Origin: a bacterium
GTDB lineage: Bacteria; Patescibacteriota; Minisyncoccia; Phycocordibacterales; UBA6899
Assembly: GCA_043743715.1 (NCBI GenBank)
Contig: JAYTWK010000013.1
Coordinates: 5,268 to 69,267 of the forward strand
Direction: 5' to 3'
Length of the DNA: 64,000 bases
The notes under the pieces were generated by a model. That model ran no database searches. It was not told the origin of the DNA and saw only the letters and a list, made by a program, of their open reading frames with translations. The position numbers and the translations under genes are program-made. Numbering within the stretch: the first letter of the stretch is position 1; every line of letters starts with the position of its first letter. Shown piece by piece: positions 58,628 to 64,000 of this stretch.

Positions 58628-58750
58628 CCCGTTAGAGATTAATCATGTTTGTAAATAAGGTTATATGAGTTTGCAAAATATATGTCATGTATCAATATGG
58701 AGATCTGAGCGAACGGAAGTGCCGCACTTCCTATCTCTAACGGGATTCCA
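58627..58750. mobile_element. MITE-like repeat copy 2 (terminal inverted repeats cccgttagagat / atctctaacggg)
   Basis: Same termini and internal ggaagtgccgcacttcc hairpin as 26244-26365. Abuts the rnhA start codon. Confidence 0.55.
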
Positions 58751-58763
58751 TAGGTAGATGATA

Positions 58764-60548
58764 TCACTTCACATCAACTATTCGTAGTCGCAATTCGGAG
58801 CGACCGCGGAAATGAGACTGCTCAAAAGTTGCCGTAAGACTGATGCGTGCACCACTACGAATATCAGCGTTCTTAAAGGTATTCGGATTCATAAAAAATC
58901 CCATCGCAGTAACCGCATCTCCCGTCTCGTTATTTACGAAAATAAGTTTCATGTGTTCTCTCCCCTTTCCGAACTGCTCTACTTTTGAGATCTCAATGTT
59001 CTCAAACTGAAATAGCGGGCGCGGATTGCCGACCCCAAATGGAGCAAGTCGGTCGATGGCCCTAAAGACTTCCAGATTCACATCTTCAATATCGAGTATG
59101 CTGTCAATATCTGAATGTGCGGTCGATTTTGCTTTTTTTTCAACTTTTGCATGTGCATCGACGAGCGCCGATTCGAGGAAATGAATCGCATCATCACCGA
59201 TTGAGAATCCTCCCGAAAATTCATGTCCTCCTTTATCGATGAGCACGCCCTCGCGTACTGCAACCATGAGCTCAAATACATTCACCCTGCCGTCCGAGCG
59301 GCACGAACCTTTGATGACCTGCGAGCCTTCTTTGCCCCAGACGAATGCCGGGCGGTCATAAGTCTCGGCAAGTTTATTGGCGACGATACCCGCGACTCCG
59401 ACACGCCACTTCGAATTGCCCACAACAATCACTTCACGCAACTCGCGCTTATCGACGAGATGAGTAGCTTCCTTCACCATGCGGGCTACTTCACTCTTGC
59501 GCTCGACATTCAGCGCTGCCAAATGTGCGGCGAGCGAATTCGCCTGACTTACATCACGCGTCGAAAGCAGCTCGAAGGCGCGTAGCGGCACGTCCATCCG
59601 CGATGCGGCATTCACACGCGGCCCAATAGTGAACCCCACATCTTCTTCGGTGAGATAACGCTGATCGACGCCTGCTTCTTTGAGAAGTGCAAGCAGTCCC
59701 GGGCGCGGAGACTTCCGCAGCACTTTAAGTCCGTAGTACGCGAGCATCCGGTTCTCATTCTGGAGCGGCACCATATCGGCAATGGTCGAGAGTCCTGCCA
59801 TGTCCAAGAGCCACTTCTCCCAGCCAGCGGGAATGTCACCAAACTTTCCCTCTTTCTTTCCGCGCATGAGAATTGCCTGAGAGAGCTTGAACGCAACACC
59901 TGCACCGCACAACATGTTGTCGGGATAGGTATCACCTTGTTGTTTTGAATTGATTACCGCATATGCCGGGGGCAAATTTGATGGAGGAAGATGATGGTCG
60001 GTAACGATGACATCGATACCGAGCGACTGCGCCATCTCAACTTCGGCAAAGTCAGAGATGCCGCAATCAACCGTGATGATGAGGTCAACTTTTTCTTTTG
60101 CAAACTTTGCGATTGCTTCTTTATTGAGTCCATATCCTTCGTGATGGCGGTGCGGAATATAGTTTGAAAATTTCGTCACTCCAATCTTCTCGAACAGGTC
60201 GTGCAAAATAACCGAGCCGGGAATGCCGTCGCAGTCATAATCGCCGTAAATGACGATGCGCTCGCTACCGCGTATGGCGGTGAAGATGCGGTCGACCGCG
60301 CGCTCCATGTTGAGGATGAGGAATGGATCATGACTGTCGCGCTCATAATCAGGATTCAAAAAACGATCTTGGGCATCGGGATCTTCGATGCCCCTATTCT
60401 TTAAGAGTAGCTCGGTGATGGGGTGAAGTGCTTGTGCCTCCTCTTGCTGTTGCTTCATAAAGAGCATACTACCATCCGGCATGAATCCCTGCCTACAAAC
60501 CCAACCTTGATTCAACTTGAGCATATGAAGGCGCACCCAAAATCTCAT
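58764..60548 (-). CDS. recJ: Single-stranded-DNA-specific exonuclease RecJ
   Basis: DHH motifs IYGDYDCDGIPGS and ITVDCGISDF, and a DHHA1 region (GGHEFSGG). Confidence 0.85.
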   Translation of the reverse strand: MRFWVRLHMLKLNQGWVCRQGFMPDGSMLFMKQQQEEAQALHPITELLLKNRGIEDPDAQDRFLNPDYERDSHDPFLILNMERAVDRIFTAIRGSERIVIYGDYDCDGIPGSVILHDLFEKIGVTKFSNYIPHRHHEGYGLNKEAIAKFAKEKVDLIITVDCGISDFAEVEMAQSLGIDVIVTDHHLPPSNLPPAYAVINSKQQGDTYPDNMLCGAGVAFKLSQAILMRGKKEGKFGDIPAGWEKWLLDMAGLSTIADMVPLQNENRMLAYYGLKVLRKSPRPGLLALLKEAGVDQRYLTEEDVGFTIGPRVNAASRMDVPLRAFELLSTRDVSQANSLAAHLAALNVERKSEVARMVKEATHLVDKRELREVIVVGNSKWRVGVAGIVANKLAETYDRPAFVWGKEGSQVIKGSCRSDGRVNVFELMVAVREGVLIDKGGHEFSGGFSIGDDAIHFLESALVDAHAKVEKKAKSTAHSDIDSILDIEDVNLEVFRAIDRLAPFGVGNPRPLFQFENIEISKVEQFGKGREHMKLIFVNNETGDAVTAMGFFMNPNTFKNADIRSGARISLTATFEQSHFRGRSELRLRIVDVK

Positions 60549-60655
60549 TATGTGGATTATCTGTGGATAACCTGTGGAGTATAGAGCAGCTACAGAGTAC
60601 CATGAGTACCCTTTGCTCTATATAATGAGTATATATTCACACTAATCTTGATTAT

Positions 60656-60994
60656 ATGTCATTATTTGGACCACCAAAACCGGGCGGCATCACAAAAGAG
60701 GAGCTGACGTTCGTACGCGGAGAGCTGTTGAACGCGCCGTTCGGACACAGCGCTGAGAAACTTTCTGAAACCCAGGTAAATGAAATCATCGAAGACCTCA
60801 CTATGGCGATGGACCCAGACACCGCGCAGGATATGAAGTACGGATGGGCACAGGTTGATGCAGCGGAAGCTGCCGAGATAGAAGCCGACGCCGCGAACAG
60901 TAAGGGTCTTAAATACTCCGCCGCTCAAGTCGCGCACATTCATGAAGTACTCGCGAAGTACCTCGCTATCAATAAACACAAATCATTCATCTAA
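60656..60994 (+). CDS. Hypothetical acidic protein (112 aa)
   Basis: ORF only. Confidence 0.35.
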   Translation: MSLFGPPKPGGITKEELTFVRGELLNAPFGHSAEKLSETQVNEIIEDLTMAMDPDTAQDMKYGWAQVDAAEAAEIEADAANSKGLKYSAAQVAHIHEVLAKYLAINKHKSFI

Positions 60995-60997
60995 TGT

Positions 60998-61414
60998 ATG
61001 GATAAGGACTGTTTATTCTGCAAACTTGTAGACGGGAGTATTCCTATTGCCGCAAAAGTATTTGAAGACGAAGACACACTGGCATTTCTTGATATCCATC
61101 CGATAAATCGCGGACACACACTTGTAGTTCCCAAAGAGCATCATGTAAATATCTATGACACGCCGCCTGAAGTATTCGCGAAAGTCATGCGTACCGTGCA
61201 GATGCTTGCACCGAAAATCAAGCAGTCTGTCGGAGCGGAAGGTATCAATATTGGTATCAACAATGACCAAGCTGCAGGACAGCTCATCTACCATTTTCAC
61301 GTGCAAATCATTCCTCGTTTCACCGGAGACGGTCGTGAACACTGGCACGGCAACCCCTATGAAGAAGGGGAAATCGCAACCATCGGCGACATCATCGCTG
61401 GGGAGTTCAAGTAG
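60998..61414 (+). CDS. HIT-family (histidine triad) nucleotide hydrolase
   Basis: HIT motif HFHVQIIPR (HxHxHxx). DCLFCKL N-terminus. Confidence 0.85.
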   Translation: MDKDCLFCKLVDGSIPIAAKVFEDEDTLAFLDIHPINRGHTLVVPKEHHVNIYDTPPEVFAKVMRTVQMLAPKIKQSVGAEGINIGINNDQAAGQLIYHFHVQIIPRFTGDGREHWHGNPYEEGEIATIGDIIAGEFK

Positions 61415-61478
61415 ATGTTTTGACAAAAACTCTATAATCGCTTACATTCATTTCGGATGTAATACTAAGGAGCAAAGA

Positions 61479-62123
61479 ATGACGCGACGCGAGATTATTG
61501 ATGCGCAGCTATATTTTTATATGTCGGGCGGTGCTGGTTGCCTCTTTGTTGCGCACGCAGCAAATGACCCAAGTAAGTACGAATGGAGGCTTGAAATACT
61601 TCAGGCCACGATACACAAAGTAGATGCGACAATCAAAACAGCCATGGAAGACGGGGGAATATCAACGTTGAGCTTGCTTTTTCCTTCGATTTTGACAGCC
61701 GAACATCTCGTGGAATTCCTGAAAGAACTCGGGGCTGCGAGTAAGTATGTCGGCATTAGTCAATATGAAGAGTTGCTCGATGCTGTTTGCCTAGGATTGC
61801 GTGCAAGGATTTCGGGACTGACATCTTGGGTAACAGGGTTTGGCCCGTTTGATTTTCTTCCTGCTACGCGACGTGCCCCTCACGTTGAACTCACAATGCG
61901 AATAAACCCCCGACCTCACTACAATGTGGTGATGAAAGAAGCCCCATCTGGTGTTATCCACCTGGCAGACATGGACATGAAAAGTATGAGACAGAAGAAA
62001 TTCCTCGCGCTTTGGAACGGCTCATTCATAAATACTGAGAAAATCCTCGGCCACAAGCCCGACCTCCGTAGTGCCGCTCGCACCACATTTGCCATCCCTA
62101 AGGTAATTTGGGAGCGACAATAG
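61479..62123 (+). CDS. Hypothetical protein, possibly YqcI/YcgG family
   Basis: Good Shine-Dalgarno (aaggag N7 atg). GFGPFDFLPATRRAPHVELTMRINP is reminiscent of the YqcI/YcgG family, from memory only. The track's longer ORF from 61155 overlaps the HIT gene and is rejected. Confidence 0.4.
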   Translation: MTRREIIDAQLYFYMSGGAGCLFVAHAANDPSKYEWRLEILQATIHKVDATIKTAMEDGGISTLSLLFPSILTAEHLVEFLKELGAASKYVGISQYEELLDAVCLGLRARISGLTSWVTGFGPFDFLPATRRAPHVELTMRINPRPHYNVVMKEAPSGVIHLADMDMKSMRQKKFLALWNGSFINTEKILGHKPDLRSAARTTFAIPKVIWERQ

Positions 62124-62151
62124 GAAAACCGAAAAGCAGCGGTATACTTAG

Positions 62152-62853
62152 GTGTATCGCTGCTTTATGAAAAAAATTATAACATTCGGGGAACGAGCAA
62201 AATCATTTTTTAGTGACTTACAAGTCCCCAACAATCTTCCTGCGAGCATTTCACCAATATTCCCAATTCGAAGCGGAGCACACGTCTATTTCGATGCTTT
62301 CGCCGATGCATACCTTAATGACGAGAACGAGAGGGTATTCGTGTTGGGAATCAACCCGGGTAGATTCGGGTCAGGTGTAACAGGAATTCCATTCACCGAT
62401 CCCGTGCAGCTCGAGCTATCTCTTGGGATTAGGAACGAACTAAAAAAGAGACAGGAGCTTTCCTCAAGTTTTATCTATTTGCTAATTAAGAGAGCTGGCG
62501 GACCAAAAAAGTTTTATGAACGATTTTATCTTGGCGCAGTATGTCCTGTTGGCTTCCTGCGAAACGGCAAGAATCTAAATTACTATGATGACGCTGAGTT
62601 ACTTAAACGAATCTCACCATACATACGCGACTCCTTGCGTGCCCAAAAAAAGCTTGGAGCAAAACGCACCCTGGTCATTTTGGGGAAAGGCAAACATGCA
62701 AAAATCTTCTCACAATTAAATAAAGAATTTGAGTTCTTTGACAAGATTGTCTTTCTTGAACACCCGCGGTACGTCATGCAATATAAACGAAAAAAATTGG
62801 AAGAATATATCGAAAAATATCTGCGTACCCTAAATGACGCATTTACAAAATGA
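62152..62853 (+). CDS. Uracil-DNA-glycosylase-superfamily-like protein (DUF4918/SMUG2-like), tentative
   Basis: GINPGRFGSGVTGIPFTD resembles the UDG family-4 motif GE.PG..E...G.PF.G. Confidence 0.35.
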   Translation: MYRCFMKKIITFGERAKSFFSDLQVPNNLPASISPIFPIRSGAHVYFDAFADAYLNDENERVFVLGINPGRFGSGVTGIPFTDPVQLELSLGIRNELKKRQELSSSFIYLLIKRAGGPKKFYERFYLGAVCPVGFLRNGKNLNYYDDAELLKRISPYIRDSLRAQKKLGAKRTLVILGKGKHAKIFSQLNKEFEFFDKIVFLEHPRYVMQYKRKKLEEYIEKYLRTLNDAFTK

Positions 62854-62901
62854 TAATGACGTTATAGATTGTACGGGAATCTTAATCAACAGGAGTTCTC
62901 G

Positions 62902-63162
62902 ATGAAAAACATGAATCTCTCGATAATCGTTCATGTACTTGTGTCTGAACAGCTGAAAATTCACCCGCTTCCATGGAGGATCGAGCGAGACTGGGCATAT
63001 CAAGTCGTAGCTGTCGACGGAGCGGTTATCGCACAATCGCACAAGACTGAAGTGGTGGAGTGCATCGTGCAGGTTGCTGAAGAAATCAATCGCGAACAAA
63101 GTAGTGCTCTCGAATCGACGCCCGAGAAGGGGCACTTTGAAATCATCGCAAGCGCAGCGTAA
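62902..63162 (+). CDS. Small hypothetical protein (86 aa)
   Basis: Shine-Dalgarno aggag upstream of ATG 62902. No recognisable motif. Confidence 0.35.
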   Translation: MKNMNLSIIVHVLVSEQLKIHPLPWRIERDWAYQVVAVDGAVIAQSHKTEVVECIVQVAEEINREQSSALESTPEKGHFEIIASAA

Positions 63163-63176
63163 TGCGCACAACACAA

Positions 63177-63196
63177 GCGGCCCTGGCCGCTTTTTT
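63177..63196 (+). terminator. Rho-independent terminator
   Basis: gcggcc-ctg-ggccgc followed by tttttt. Confidence 0.7.
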
Positions 63197-63250
63197 ATTG
63201 GGGCAAGGGAACGTGCAAAAGTACCTCTCACCTCACTAACAGCAAGACTG

Positions 63251-63367
63251 TGGTGCTAAAATGCGGTATGCCGTGCTGGAAACGAGCAATGCCCACTGGC
63301 ACGGCAACCCCTATGAAGAAGGGGAAATCGCAACCATCGGCGACATCATCGCTCGGGAATTCAAATA
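63251..63367 (+). pseudogene. Duplicated HIT 3' end (60 bp identical to 61340-61399), forming a 39-codon remnant ORF
   Basis: cactggcacggcaacccctatgaagaaggggaaatcgcaaccatcggcgacatcatcgct is shared with the HIT gene. The remnant encodes MRYAVLETSNAHWHGNPYEEGEIATIGDIIAREFK*. Confidence 0.6.
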
Positions 63368-63380
63368 ATATGACCTTGTA

Positions 63381-63641
63381 CTATGAGTAAAGCTGGCTAT
63401 GCGTGACAATAGCTACAAATATCGCAGCATCTTCATTTTCTGCTTTGTAGATTGCGCGAATGTCCCCAGTTACATTGATACTTCGATGATGTCTGTACTT
63501 CCCGTACAGTTCATGATTCTCGAGTCGTGAATCAAATGCATCTTGATAAAATATTTCAAGTTGTATTTCAAATTTATTCTTGATGCGCTCAGAGAGTTTA
63601 GTAAATTGTCTTTGAAACTGCTTATGAAATATTGTGCGCAT
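63381..63641 (-). CDS. RelE/ParE-family (YafQ-like) toxin
   Basis: 86 aa. ...DIRAIYKAENEDAAIFVAIVTHSQLY is the YafQ/RelE C-terminal signature. Confidence 0.65.
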   Translation of the reverse strand: MRTIFHKQFQRQFTKLSERIKNKFEIQLEIFYQDAFDSRLENHELYGKYRHHRSINVTGDIRAIYKAENEDAAIFVAIVTHSQLYS

Positions 63642-63646
63642 GGAAG

Positions 63647-63934
63647 CTATTTGAGTCTACGCAAATATGCGTTTGCAGCTTTTGCCGTAGCAAACTTAGG
63701 CGACATATTTTTCCTTGCCTTGATGTCTTTCTCCACCTGCTCAAGCACTCGCTCGAGATGTTGGGTCATCTGGTAGCCTGCAGAAAACTGCACCGAGCGT
63801 GTACGAATAAATTGCTTGAGTGATGCCGTAACAAAGGATGCAAGAGTGAATCCTAATTCGTGAGCAAGCTTTTGTGCTTCTTCCTTAACTTTCTTATCTG
63901 TCTTGATGTTGATCATAGTTGTCTTCATATCCAA
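63647..63934 (-). CDS. RelB/DinJ-family antitoxin
   Basis: NIKTDKKVKEEAQKLAHELGFTLASFVTASLKQFIRTRSVQF is like DinJ (ribbon-helix-helix plus C-terminal tail). Confidence 0.6.
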   Translation of the reverse strand: MDMKTTMINIKTDKKVKEEAQKLAHELGFTLASFVTASLKQFIRTRSVQFSAGYQMTQHLERVLEQVEKDIKARKNMSPKFATAKAANAYLRRLK

Positions 63935-64000
63935 AGTATATACTTTGGATACATTCTGTGAACAGGCAATTTGTGTACAAATTATCGAGTGAGCACGTTA

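Noticed and set aside
61155-61478. N-terminal extension of the 61155..62123 ORF that overlaps the HIT gene
   Set aside because: It overlaps a confident gene in another frame. A strong Shine-Dalgarno plus ATG at 61479 gives the biologically sensible start.
1-64000. CRISPR arrays
   Set aside because: A scan for regularly spaced 25-40-bp direct repeats found none. The only tandem structures are the tRNA-derived repeats and the 21.2-21.5 kb structured repeats, which lack spacer-repeat periodicity.

Overview
The window is a mosaic of conserved housekeeping clusters and accessory or mobile DNA, probably from a small-genome bacterium; several ribosomal proteins carry unusual extensions and the S10 operon is split.

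Housekeeping content:
- Minus-strand rpsL-rpsG-[parDE]-fusA, then tuf-rpsJ-rplC-rplD-rplW-rplB.
- ftsA-ftsZ-trxB, ybeY-rpsU, ahcY with an adenosine kinase, recJ, rnhA, a HIT protein, sppA, dedA and a split comEC.
- Two tRNA-Val genes.

Accessory and mobile content:
1. 1-8.3 kb is a defense island: a DUF3800-like protein, a small membrane protein coupled to a type I R-M hsdS, a Fic/DOC gene and hsdR. No hsdM lies inside the window. A 29-codon hsdR-5'::hsdS-3' scar and about 110-bp direct repeats mark a deleted or rearranged second type I copy. An HTH-XRE/Panacea (DUF4065) antitoxin-like gene overlaps a RelE/HigB-like toxin gene.
2. 8.4-15 kb is a heavy-metal (Cus/Czc-type) RND plus periplasmic-adaptor operon with His-rich accessory proteins. 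An IS3-family OrfA remnant follows at 15.16-15.29 kb.
3. tRNA-Val(CAC) is followed by duplicated tRNA 3'-end fragments. tRNA-Val(GAC) is preceded by decayed tandem copies of its 5' half and followed by tandem structured repeats.
4. A roughly 122-bp MITE-like element with 12-bp terminal inverted repeats occurs twice, each copy abutting a start codon.
5. A GC-rich non-coding stretch next to rpsU looks like RNase P RNA.
6. An IS5-family element truncates a ygiD-like dioxygenase gene. An IS630-family element shows the orfA/orfB frameshift.
7. A compositionally distinct block at 39.4-43.2 kb holds a YafJ-type amidotransferase, a 467-aa unknown protein and an M20 deacylase.
8. Three consecutive acidic coiled-coil genes sit at 37.85-39.40 kb.
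9. A 48-bp perfect palindrome precedes a 649-aa membrane protein.
10. A 1.9-kb insert (YqcI/YcgG-like gene, UDG-like gene) is flanked by a duplicated HIT 3' end, followed by a RelB/DinJ-YafQ pair.

The strongest candidates for an undescribed system are the DUF3800 / small membrane protein / type I R-M / Fic / Panacea-toxin island with its recombination scar, and the GC-rich amidotransferase / unknown / M20 block. All calls rest on reading motifs by eye; no searches were run.
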